DNA of 34,369 bases from Octopus bimaculoides (Eukaryota): NCBI RefSeq assembly GCF_001194135.2, contig NC_068994.1, positions 25,846,466-25,880,834 on the forward strand, written 5' to 3'. The notes beneath the pieces are model-generated. The model saw nothing but the letters and a program-made list of their open reading frames with translations. It did not search any database and was not told the DNA's origin. Positions 1 to 11,619 of this stretch are shown here, piece after piece. Every line of letters starts with the position of its first letter. The stretch's first letter is position 1. The translations under genes and the position numbers were made by a program.

Positions 1-1057
1 TATATATATATACATACATATATATATATATAGAGAGAGAAAAAGTGTTGCATCTATTTGTTACTATATGCTTTAAATTGTTGACCTCCAGGATAGGGAA
101 AGACTGTGGAAAGGAGAGTAAAGATAACGGCGCAGTAGTTGTATCACAACGATATATAAAAGGGTGAGTTAGAAAGTAATGCAATTTTTATGTGCATTAC
201 TTTTTGACTTACCCTGATGATGAATTAAAATATAATGCAAATAAAAATTGTTACTTTCTTATTCTCCCTTTTATTAATATTCTCCGTACAAACGGTAACC
301 TAGAACAGTGGTTGCTGTTGTGCTTAATGATAGCGGAGCATGAATGTTACATCACATTTCTTTATGAATTAGTTGGTATGCAAGAAATAGCAGCCACGGT
401 TACGGCTAGAATGTCAGTGATCATAGGTCTGCTGTCTATGAGAGACTTAAGTTTCACATCTGCTAAGATTTTATTTGACAGTATTGAAGTAGCGACATAA
501 CCGCGAGAAATGGAGTGCCTTGATATGATCAGGAAACCTGCGAAAATAGTGACCAAATGTCTCTGAATCCCCCCCCCCCTCACACACCACCATAGCATCT
601 TAAAACTGGAGGACATGTCATTGGATTGTTTAGTCCTGGATGTTCACAGTCTGAAAATAAAAACGGAATGGTCACAAACTTATGATTACTACTTTTAATC
701 TGTTTGATCAGTGTTAATCTGAGGCTATATATTAAAAACAACTGAAACAGACTTCAACACTAGTAGTTTGCAAAGCAATATATGAGTATAACAGATTGAC
801 GGTGCGTCGGGAATTGCAATGAATGAGTTGCAATAAAAGAGAGGTTAACAAAATACTTTCCAAGTGAAACACTTCCGTTAAACTGTGAACCTCCCAACAA
901 CATACTTTATCTCAATTGTTGGCTCTCAACAATTTCCGCAGCATTGGTCATACTATAACTGTGTGTGTATGTATGTGTGTTATATTGTGTGTGTATACGT
1001 GTGACGGTTTCTGTGCATGTAAGTATATTTATGTGTGTGTGTGTGTGTGTGTGTGCG

Positions 1058-1095
<38 letters not shown>

Positions 1096-1388
1096 CAGCA
1101 TACACCCAATCCAAATAGATATATACAGCGATAGATAAATAGACAGATGGGTGGATTTTTGTGCCAGAGATAGAGAGAGACAGAGAGATGGAGAGAGAGA
1201 GGAAGGGAGAGAAAGAGAGGGAGAGGGAGGGAGAGAAAGAGAGTGAGAGAGAGATTTATTTTACATTTTTCTCGAAAATGAAACTTTCTGAGAATGTGAT
1301 TCTATGACATTTATTGTTTTTCTCGTCATATTTCAGTGAACAACAAATTAGCTTCGATAACGTTTCTCGTTAATTTCAGCTACTGTCT

Positions 1389-2155
1389 TCAGCTACTGTA
1401 ATTACTGCCTTTGGCAGTAATTACAGCTTGAATTCTATGAGTTATGGACTCGTATAAAGTTTGAATTGTTTCCAAAGGAATTTTCGTCCATTCTTCAGCT
1501 AAAACAGTCTCCAGTTCTTGTAGTGATGATGGTGGAGGATATTGACTCCTTACTTTTTTTTCTAAAATACACCAGATAAGATGTGGCCAGATAAGATGTT
1601 CAACTTCACTAGAATGTTCATCGTGCCATTCAGTGATAAATTTAGCTGTGTGAATTGGGGCATTATCATCCTGAAAGATTGCGTTTTCCTCCGGAAACAG
1701 TTCCGCAACCATAGGATGAATTTGATCAGATAAAATGCTTAAATAGCCTTGACTATTAATTCTGCCATGAAGGGAAACCATTGGGCCGGCAGATTTCCAA
1801 GATATAGCCCCCTCCCCCGGATCATCACAGATACTCCTCCATGTTTAACAGTTGGAAGAAGGCAGTCTGGGTCAAATGCCGGTCGTCGGAAATAAGGTAA
1901 AGGTTGACTCGTCCGAGAAAATAACATTCTTCCACTGCTCTAGGGACCAATTCTGTAGGTTTTTACTCCACTCTAAACGCTTTGCAACGCTTGTTTTTGA
2001 AAGTAGTGGTTTTCTGATTGCAGCCCTCCCATAAAATCCAGCTTTGTGCAGCTTCCGGCGAACAGTTTTTGTGGAAACTGGATTCTCGAGGTGGTCATTA
2101 AGCTCTGCACTAATTTTGGGAGCTGTACTTTTGTTATTCTTTCTAACAATTCACG
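1389..2155 (-). pseudogene. Tc1-family DD34E transposase relic (frameshifted, 5'-truncated, third catalytic residue deleted)
   Basis: Minus-strand frames read KISAELNDHLENPVSTKTVRRKLHKAGFYGRAAIRKPLLS...WKNVIFSDESTF, then LLPTVKHGGVSVM and IFQDDNAPIHTAK...W...LQELETVLAEEW.KIP. The usual WPxQSPDLNPIE segment is collapsed to WPHLIW. No TIRs seen. Confidence 0.92.
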
Positions 2156-2335
2156 TGGTTACCCTAGTTTAATCCTGACTGAACTTCCTACTCTTTGAAC
2201 TTACATTTCTGAACCACTTCTCGAACTTTCAGCACCTCTCCTCACCCATATACCAGCTACTCCACCAGTAGATCCAGTGGTACTGGATCTACTGACTCTA
2301 CTTTCACGTATTTCACTGGATTCTTTCGTTTATGT

Positions 2336-2660
<325 letters not shown>

Positions 2661-2967
2661 ATATACATGGTTACAGGTAAAATAAAATGAAAACTGAAAA
2701 ACGTCAGTATTTTATCTTTAAAGTAGTGTACAAGTAATGCAACTCGTCATGTTATGGAGATAAAACACAACTCTTAAGTAAAAATAGCTTTTTGTGTTTA
2801 CTGTACAAAAAATAAAAATATAAAACGAAACATGCTGATCACTGTTTACAAACTCACAAGTCATAACGGCACACAGATAGCTGTACTTGATGGAACCTTT
2901 CCAGCACTTTTGGACATTTCGAATTTTGGAATTTTGAATAAAGAATTTCAGCTGTAATACTAAGTTT

Positions 2968-3175
2968 TGTCGGAAGAAATGAAGGGATTGTTCCTTAGTT
3001 TATTTGTTTATGAGTATAGAAAGTTTGTAGATTTTTCCAAGGAAATGAAATGGAATGGAATAAATGTTAACCTTCACTCCTCCACATTCCATGTCTTTCC
3101 ATTCCATTTCAGAGTTGTTCATCCACCTGGGCAAACGACGTTCCATTTGTGATCTTTGCAAGGCCGTGGGGCCGA

Positions 3176-3177
<2 letters not shown>
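2968..3177 (-). mobile_element. 3' LTR (210 bp) of the adjacent Gypsy element
   Basis: Bounded by the terminal inverted hexamer TGTCGG (2968-2973) / CCGACA (3172-3177), giving TG...CA ends. It directly follows a polypurine tract on the minus strand, downstream of the integrase, and contains AATAAA on the minus strand. Confidence 0.75.

Positions 3178-3211
<34 letters not shown>
3178..3211 (-). repeat. (GA)n tract at the polypurine tract (PPT) position
   Basis: A pure GA repeat on the minus strand lies between the integrase end and the TG of the LTR. Confidence 0.7.
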
Positions 3212-3214
<3 letters not shown>

Positions 3215-4900
3215 ATTAGAGCAGCTAAATACCCCACGAACGTCCAAGCTGTGACGCGGCATTCCGTCCACTTAAATATTATTCTGAGAGTTCATTGCAC
3301 ATTTCCTTTCCTCTATTGAGTTGTGCACTGGAAATCAGGTGGCTTCGCTCACACTTCGTCTCCGATCGAGCATATGTAGACCCTTACTCTTTTGACCGCT
3401 GTGGTGCTACGCTTAGATATATCCATTCGTAATGGAATACAACTCTTTGTGGAACCTACACTCTAGCTTGGGTGACATATTGTACCAAAAACTGCCTTAA
3501 TGGAGGAGATGCGCCCACTCTCAGCTATGGCTTTGATTGTGCAGAGGTGTCGTTCCACAATCCCATTTCCACTGGGCCTGCATGCAACTCTGAAGAAACT
3601 TCTGATATTTCATCTTTCGAGCGTTTCCTTCATACATACAGCACACACAAGACATACATGCTGGTACCCGTTTTTGGAATATCGTTTTCAGCTTCTTTGC
3701 AATTTCGGCCGCAATCTCCGTCCTGATTTCCCTCCATATCACTATTCGCCCGGGCCCACAATCAACCATTGAAAGGTACAACCTTCCCTGATAGTGTAAT
3801 ACATCTATCCTCTTCCAGTCTTCCTTCACTCGAACCTTTCCTATTTCATATACACTCAGTGCGGGGCCGATGGACTGACACCTATCACAACTCACAGCTA
3901 CCCTCCGAGTACTCTCCCTGGTAACATCAAGTTCAGCCTTCCTGGCCTAAAACAGAGTCCTGTCGACTCCCATGTGATGCATACTGTGCAGCCTCTTCAG
4001 TTCTGAACCCTCCAGCAGACATGCTGTAGCCACTCCACTCAATAAATCCTCTATCACTTCCAGCCAGTGCTTTTTAATCCTGGTTAGAGCATTCTGCCTA
4101 TTTTTTTCAGAAGACAAAGAAACTGTTCGCAGCTTCAGGCTAAACTCGGCAGCTCGCGCTCACAAGATTCCTTGACGACGCTTAATTATCATTTCCGCGC
4201 TCCCCACCTTTTGCGTGAAGCTTCTTCTGATTGATAATCACCGCTGCCACCCCACCTCAGTCCAAATCTCGACTGCAAGTAGTCCCCCATCTCAGCACTA
4301 AGATCACACCCTTCAACACAGCGTCTAGTTCCGCTAATTGATGCGAGTGTAGCCATCCTTCTTCCTAAGCCATGCTGCGTCTTCCATCTCAACACCTCCC
4401 ATTTCCAGAATGAATTGTTATGCAGCCTGCATCACACCATAGATCCCTTTCTTTGTTTCGAGCGCATACCAGCTGCCCTTCTCTGGCTTTTCCGATCCCA
4501 CTCTCGTCTTGCATCCCACTTAATCATTTCAGTTCACTCCTTCAGCTCACTTCTTGATGTAACTACAAGCCGTTCGACGCCATCTTGCAACAGGATAGTA
4601 TCCTACCAGCCACCCACACTTTGAGGATAGTTATCACCTATTTATATTCTCGCATAGATCTGGGGTCTCATTACTTCTCCGAAACAGGAGCCTGCCTGCT
4701 TTTTCTCTTTCGGGCCGTTCCTCCTATAGCCTCCTGCAGTTTTGCTGTCGATCCGAACTTTCTCAGATGATCCACAATTTCCTCTTCCGGTGCTACACCC
4801 TCATCTAGAATGTCCACACGCGTGTCGTTCTGCATCAACACTCACGTCTTATCCGCTAAGTTGATCCACTTCATCTCTAGATACAGATTCAGTGCACTTC
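3212..4900 (-). pseudogene. Ty3/Gypsy pol relic: RT end, RNase H, integrase
   Basis: Minus frames give EIVDHLRKFG (RT end); EDAAWLRKKDGYTRIN.AELDAVLKGV (RNase H); LHSMHHMGVDRTLF...CDRCQSI (HHCC zinc finger); LYLSMVDCGPGR; RPSGNGIVERH; and GDEV..KPP..QCTTQ. Many stops and frameshifts. Confidence 0.85.
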
Positions 4901-5309
4901 CTTCTAAGTAAAGTGGAATAAGATTACCCACATCTTGAATGTCCTACAACTTCGCCACGAGCTTCACCTTTTTTTATCCAGACCACCATGTCACCTTCGC
5001 CGGAAAACAGTCTCAAAACGTCGTTGCTAATCCTTATCCATGTAGCCATCTTGAGTGTCGGTGGTAGAAAGGGAGGAGAGAAAAAGAAAATATTTCCCCA
5101 CGACAGATAAACAGCGTGCCAAAATAGCTTGTAGAACAAACGGCAAAAATAAGAATACTCTTACTTCGAGACGAGTTCAGAAGATCCACTTCACAAGGAT
5201 CAGAACTTGTTGGATGTACCTTCAAGTGTACACTACCCTAAACTCTGGCCAGTAACCACTCTCCCTCTGAAATTCCCTTCATATGTCCGTTCACCTCATG
5301 TCCGACATT

Positions 5310-6802
5310 ATAAGAGGAAACTGGTTTCAATATGGCCGGACTATAAGAAAACTTTTGACTCTGTCTCTCCTTCGACTTTCTAAAATTACAGAGAACTTAA
5401 TCAAAGCCATAGCTAACCCGACTTATCTTGGGCCACTATTGAAGTTAAGTACAAAGAATGATTGTATGAGCACTGATAAAATGCAGTATCATAGGTGTAT
5501 TTCAGGGAGACTGACTCTGTGAGAGGCTGTTCATCCTTTAAGTAAACCCTTTGTCATGCATGTTGAAAATATCTGAAGAGTATCTCATTGGTTCACAAAG
5601 TGACAGAAGTACTAAGTTTACGCACTGCTTCTTTGCAGATGACTTGAAAGCTATATGCCAGGAATATGATATGCATAACATGTAGTGGCCAATATGTTTG
5701 CAGTACAAGTACTTATACCAATATTCTGGTCACGTGATAAGATTCGAGTCATTGATGTGAAAGCTCGAAAGATACTGACCAGCACAAATAATTTTTACCT
5801 GAATGAGACGCTGAATGCACAACAGCAGAAGGCTATGCATGGTTATGTTAGTAGAAAGCTCTAGGATGACAGCAACATTGATAACCAAAGCAGTCTATCT
5901 TGGACCAACAACTGGATCACTAACTCTCACTTTGAAGGGAGTGGATTTGAAGCGTATGGATTTGCAATCCAGGAACAGGGAATAGCAACCAAATTCCTGA
6001 TGCACAAAAGGAACAGATACGCAGGAAAAACACCGAAATGGAATTAATGATGCAGATTTTGTGGGATTAACAACAAAGGTGTCACTTACATCATATACAG
6101 TTGTCCGAAATTATCATCCCGTTACTATCTGCCGATGAGACATGATGTTGTAGCCTGTGCAATGAAATCTATCGCAAGGCTAGTCATAAGATCAAATATA
6201 TAAGAATCCACAGTACGGTAGAGGCTATAGCCACTCATAACACTAAAGAGTACTGGTGGAATGTCTCTGTGAAAACCAAAATAAAATGTTAACATAATAA
6301 AGTAAAATTCCTTCCCGAGTCATACAGTCATAGGCTGATTACTCGTTTTTGCCAGTTGAGTGAACTAGAGCAACGTGAGATGAAGTATTTTGCTCAATAA
6401 CACAACTCATCGCCCAGTTCAGGAATCGAAACCAAAATCTTACGATCATGAGTTCAACACCCAAACCACTAAGCCACGCGCTTCCAAGTAAACACATAAT
6501 AGACAAAGCATAATAATTTGGGTCAGAGAAGAGAACCTATGTACAGTAGTGGAAATCAGTTGTTCAGCAAGTATCAACATAAAGGTAGAGATCTTAGCGC
6601 CTATCGTGATCTATTGATAAATTTACAGATACTCTACCTAGACTAAAAGTTTTGATTTATACGTGGAATTATTTGGGTACTTGGATTAGTGACCAATTGC
6701 CTCAGCACCAGACACAAGACAGAAAGAACACTAATTCGAAGACTACAGATGGAAGCCATCAATGGAACAGTCAAAAGATGTAAAAACTTTCCAGAAGTTT
6801 AG
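5310..6802 (+). pseudogene. R4/Dong-like non-LTR retrotransposon with restriction-like endonuclease (RT plus C-terminus), decayed
   Basis: DYKKTFDSV, (I)FQGD, HCFFADDL, GFAIQEQ, CRFC..H..C zinc knuckle, RHDVVA, HNR(PD)III...VVEISC, and terminal GTVK.CKTF. It may extend upstream to about 4925 with weaker similarity. Interrupted by a SINE. Confidence 0.85.
6300..6485 (-). mobile_element. tRNA-derived SINE inserted in the LINE
   Basis: The minus strand has box A TGGCTTAGTGG, box B GGTTTCGATTCC, a GTGTTATTGAGCAAAATACTT core and a TTTTACTT tail. ACATAATA is duplicated on both sides (6292-6299, 6494-6501) as part of a degenerate TSD. Confidence 0.88.
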
Positions 6803-7034
6803 CATGCGAGTACATATTCATATACCTCGACATGTATCTACATTTATGGGTACATACATATAAAACAAAACATATAGGTATGCACACATACCAACGTCAA
6901 GCACTTATACATATACACATACATGTATAAGTATCCTGTTATGTTGAAAATCCAATAAAGGAGCCTTGGATCTGGGTTAGAAACAAGCTCTTTCTCCATT
7001 GACACAAATCTAGAAATAAAACAAAATAACACTT

Positions 7035-7465
7035 GGTACTTTTTGGTTAAAAAATTGGGTTATCTCCCCCAGTTTTACGAGAAATATCGATACTTTTGTT
7101 TATCTCCCTCAACTAAAAAAATTGTTTAACTCTCAATAAAACAAAAAAAAAAGTGAAAAAAATTAATAAACAGGAACAGTGAAAAGATGAAACATCGTTT
7201 TGAATCTGATAATATTTTTATAACATATCATACAAAACTGGAAAAATTAATAAACATGAAAACTGAAAAAAATTAAACATCTTATTGAATCTGATAATAT
7301 CTTTATAACAAATCATAGCGTTCCTATTGAAGAGGCGAATCAAAAGGATGTAACTCTTTTAATCCAATCTCTTGTCACCGCATAAACTCAATTTTTTAGA
7401 GGGGTGGTAACCGAATTTTTTATAAGGGCAATTTTTTAATGGGGATGAGATAACCAAAAAGTATC
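7035..7465. mobile_element. Non-autonomous DNA transposon (MITE), Merlin-like
   Basis: TIR GGTACTTTTTGGTTA / TAACCAAAAAGTATC. The 8-bp flanking repeat TAACACTT (7027-7034) / TAACGCTT (7466-7473) matches 7 of 8. An internal ~84-bp tandem duplication lies at about 7165-7318. Confidence 0.7.
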
Positions 7466-8767
7466 TAACGCTTTACATACGTGCATGCATACATACATAC
7501 ATGCATACATACATACGTACGTACGTATTTACGTACATACATACACACGCATGCATGCACATATGTTCACATGCATACAATCATACATAGATATATACAT
7601 ACACATGCAAACACATACAATACATACACACAAATTCATACACACAATTCATACAATACACATATACTTACACAGCAAGCATACATATATACACACGCAC
7701 TCTGATACATACACTTTACACTAATTTACAGAAAGAGTTACCTCGTGGCAAAGTATTTCGGGCGAGGTCAGGAGGTCAAGTGTCAAGAAATGAAATACTG
7801 GGCACGTGCCGTGCATGCGTTGATTTAATTTTACAGCATTTTGTACTTGAAATTGTGGCTACATGATGGTGGTGGTGGTGGTGGTGNNNNNNNNNNNNNN
7901 NNNNNNNNNNNNTGGTGGTGGTAGTTATGAGGTCGTATTGGTGCTGTAGCGAAATGGTGGTGGAATGGTTGTGGTGGACTATGGTGATGAAGAGATGGTA
8001 TTTGTATGGTGGTGTGTTATGTGATGAAATGGTGTGGTAGTAGTGGTGGAGACGATAGTGGAATTGTGTGGTTTTGGTAGTGGTGATGGTGCATAAATTA
8101 TTAAATCAGACTGAGCAGACAAACCTATGATCAAAGACCTTGCAGGCATGACCATCACTTCTGATGTTTGATATTTGTCACAGGTTTGGTGATCACGTAG
8201 TGGGTTCGGTGATGGTCTTAGCTATGGTTGTTAATGCTGTTAACCCTCGTTCGGCCCTGAGAGAACAGACTTATGATACACAAGGGGTCTCAACAAAGAG
8301 TTAAGCACCATACTGTACACTCCGATATACACTGGCAGACACTGTACACTCCTGTCACAATCCGACATACACTGGGGTGTAGTGTAATAGTCAGGATATA
8401 TTCTACTCTCTCCAGTGTCTCTTCTATTTCTCTCCTCCCATACATTCTAGTAGTTACCATCGCTGAGAGGAGCAAGGTGGATACTGTTGAAGCAGAGCAG
8501 TTTCTGTTTCTCTACATTACTGTTGGTGGTTTGCTACCCAGCATGGAATTAGGGTCAGTGAGCTCAGTGATGTTACAACTGTTTGTTTATATGTTTCTTA
8601 TGTTTGTCTGGACAGAGTGGAAAAGATAGTATTGTTAGGATGGTGTTGTAGTAGTGTTATGTAGTATTGTAAATGTGTCTGGGCGTATAGCCGCAGAGTT
8701 TGAAGTGAAGTGGAATGAAATGTAGTGTAGCAACAAGCTGTAATCTTTGAGACAGACAGACAGACAG

Positions 8768-8821
<54 letters not shown>

Positions 8822-9298
8822 NNNNNNNNNNNNNNNNNNNNNNNNNNNNNNNNNNNNNNNNNNNNNNNNNNNNNNNNNNNNNNNNNNNNNNNNNNNNNNN
8901 NNNNNNNNNNNNNNNNNNNNNNNNNNNNNNNNNNNNNNNNNNNNNNNNNNNNNNNNNNNNNNNNNNNNNNNNNNNNNNNNNNNNNNNNNNNNNNNNNNNN
9001 NNNNNNNNNNNNNNNNNNNNNNNNNNNNNNNNNNNNNNNNNNNNNNNNNNNNNNNNNNNNNNNNNNNNNNNNNNNNNNNNNNNNNNNNNNNNNNNNNNNN
9101 NNNNNNNNNNNNNNNNNNNNNNNNNNNNNNNNNNNNNNNNNNNNNNNNNNNNNNNNNNNNNNNNNNNNNNNNNNNNNNNNNNNNNNNNNNNNNNNNNNNN
9201 NNNNNNNNNNNNNNNNNNNNNNNNNNNNNNNNNNNNNNNNNNNNNNNNNNNNNNNNNNNNNNNNNNNNNNNNNNNNNNNNNNNNNNNNNNNNNNNNNN

Positions 9299-9352
<54 letters not shown>

Positions 9353-9429
9353 AAAACTTACTTGGAAAAGGATGCGTAGCGTTCGATCATATAATAATAT
9401 AAATAATATAGATATATGCATATATCCAT

Positions 9430-9840
9430 GTCTCTTCATGGCACTTCTACTTAGCGTTCATAATAATTTTTATATCGTCTTCGCTCAACAGCCCTCACCG
9501 TTTGTTTTTACAGTCTTGTTCTCACTGTCTTGTTTTTACTGTTTTCATTGTTTTTACTGTCTTGTTCTCACTGTCCTGTTCTTGTTAACACTTTCACCCG
9601 TCGCAAAAAATTCCAAATTTTATTTAATTTGCTTTGCGTGAAGGACTGTTCCAACGAAGTCGCGTATTGTCCTTGCCTTCGAAACGTGGAGTAGATGGAA
9701 CAGGGACAACTGACGAAGGGATATACTCTTTATGCTGCATGGCTCGTTTCTCTGCTTTTTTTTCGTTGTTCGAAATTAGTTGGTTTTCTGTTTTCGTTTC
9801 TCATTGTGTTTAACGTTTTTTGTGATGTCCTGTACCCATA
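9430..9840. repeat. Interspersed repeat resembling a PLE terminal region, containing a hammerhead-like motif
   Basis: Short internal tandem units (CTGTCTTGTTCTCA / CTGTCTTGTTTTTA) are followed by GAAAC and CTGACGA motifs and a T-rich tail. The family assignment is recollection only. Confidence 0.4.
9661..9720 (+). ncRNA. Candidate strand-permuted hammerhead-like RNA motif
   Basis: CGCGUA, then a 9-bp stem (9667-9675 with 9701-9709) ending at CUGACGA. GAAACGUG inside the loop is complementary to CGCGU. Stem II is weak. Confidence 0.4.
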
Positions 9841-11302
9841 TATGCATGTATGTATACATATAGATGTAGGTATGTACATATATGTATGGATATATGCATN
9901 NNNNNNNNNNNNNNNNNNNNNNNNNNNNNNNNNNNNNNNNNNNNNNNNNNNNNNNNNNNNNNNNNNNNNNNNNNNNNNNNNNNNNNNNNNNNNNNNNNNN
10001 NNNNNNNNNNNNNNNNNNNNNNNNNNNNNNNNNNNNNNNNNNNNNNNNNNNNNNNNNNNNNNNNNNNNNNNNNNNNNNNNNNNNNNNNNNNNNNNNNNNN
10101 NNNNNNNNNNNNNNNNNNNNNNNNNNNNNNNNNNNNNNNNNNNNNNNNNNNNNNNNNNNNNNNNNNNNNNNNNNNNNNNNNNNNNNNNNNNNNNNNNNNN
10201 NNNNNNNNNNNNNNNNNNNNNNNNNNNNNNNNNNNNNNNNNNNNNNNNNNNNNNNNNNNNNNNNNNNNNNNNNNNNNNNNNNNNNNNNNNNNNNNNNNNN
10301 NNNNNNNNNNNNNNNNNNNNNNNNNNNNNNNNNNNNNNNNNNNNNNNNNNNNNNNNNNNNNNNNNNNNNNNNNNNNNNNNNNNNNNNNNNNNNNNNNNNN
10401 NNNNNNNNNNNNNNNNNNNNNNNNNNNNNNNNNNTTAATTTGTTCATTGAAAACTACCGCTAATTCTTCCTTGTGTTTCAAAAATCCCCCCTAAATCACA
10501 AAATAAGGGAGGTGGAAATCTGCCCTATTTTTCAAATCCCGGCAGCAACACTGTAGCTGGAAACAGGATAATAATCTAATTCTACACTTTATCACATTCA
10601 AGAATATAAACACGTTTTTAAGCACAACACACGCGGAGTAAAAAAGAAACACTACTTTTCACCAGCACACCAGGGTTAGCACTGCGTGAACGACAGTGCT
10701 CTCTCTCCCTAGCGTGCAACTTCCTATCTGGGACATGTGAGCATGCGCACAACAGCCAAAAACCACGTCGCTATACAAGGATTTTTGTATTTTTTTTCTT
10801 AAACTGAGTGATGGCTACTGACATTAAACTTAAAGATTATATAATGTACAAGTATAAAGAAAGAATTAAAGAAAAAAGGATTCATTATATTGAATGTCAT
10901 CGATAATATCGAGTGTAAATAGGAGGTGCTGCAGTTCCGCAGTGCCTATAAACGAGTCGCCACTGACACACAAATACATCCTAATACAGCAATGCGGTAT
11001 ATTTTTTATGAAATAGATACAGTATTCAATAGTCTAAATTTAAGCTAAAACAATCTAATATAATGCGGTATGTAAATATGATAGCCATATGTAATAACTA
11101 ATATTGTTGTGCTCTCAATGGGATCTTCCGTTTCTAATATACGTGTCCACTCTGCTCAATGCATGTATTGAGTCCACATTTGAGCTACGGGTCTTCACAG
11201 ATCCACACTGGACATATTCCACCCCTCCCCCACATATATATCATATTTTAATAAAATTATAAACCATCATCGTATATTGACTACAGAAAATAGTATAATA
11301 CT

Positions 11303-11478
11303 TAAATGCTTAGCGGCATTTCGTCCGTCTTTACGTTCTGAGTTCAAATTCTGCAGAGGTCGACTTTGCCTTTCATCCTTTCGGGGTCGATAAAGTAAGT
11401 ACTAGTCGAGCACTGGGGTCTATGTAATCGACTTACCTATCCCCGGAAAATGACCGGCCTTGTGCCAAAATTGAAACC
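11303..11478 (+). mobile_element. SINE, 5'-truncated, with a Nin/Deu-like central domain
   Basis: Box B-like GAGTTCAAATTC is followed by GGTCGACTTTGCCTTTCATCCTTTCGGGGTCGATAAAGTAAGTAC and a GGCCTTGTGCCAAAATTGAAAC tail. Confidence 0.8.
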
Positions 11479-11483
11479 CCCAA

Positions 11484-11619
11484 TATTAGGGCTTATAAAC
11501 CCCGTAACGGAAACAAATGGGCATTAATATGTGTGGAAATCGAAAATAAGAAGTGTGATCGATTCTCACGCGTACTAATACCCATTTTTTTTCCGTGCGG
11601 GAGTTTATATGCCCTAATA
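11484..11619. mobile_element. 136-bp MITE-like inverted repeat
   Basis: ~43-bp arms: TATTAGGGCTTATAAACCCCGTAACGGAAACAAATGGGCATTA versus the reverse complement of 11576-11619, TATTAGGGCATATAAACTCCCGCACGGAAAAAAAATGGGTATTA. The outer TA could be a TSD. Confidence 0.75.

Noticed and set aside
192-660. Opposite-strand ORFs 192-500 and 362-616, with a possible minus-strand splice acceptor near 650
   Set aside because: No recognisable domain, only a vague resemblance to a mariner HTH. Not enough to call an exon or a transposon.
8230-8630. ORFs 8273-8629 (+) and 8290-8475 (-) as a host exon or LINE fragment
   Set aside because: No motif I can identify, and the frames are short enough to be random.
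10660-10780. GC-richer patch with GCATGCGCA (NRF1-like) as a promoter
   Set aside because: A single motif with no associated gene or TSS evidence.
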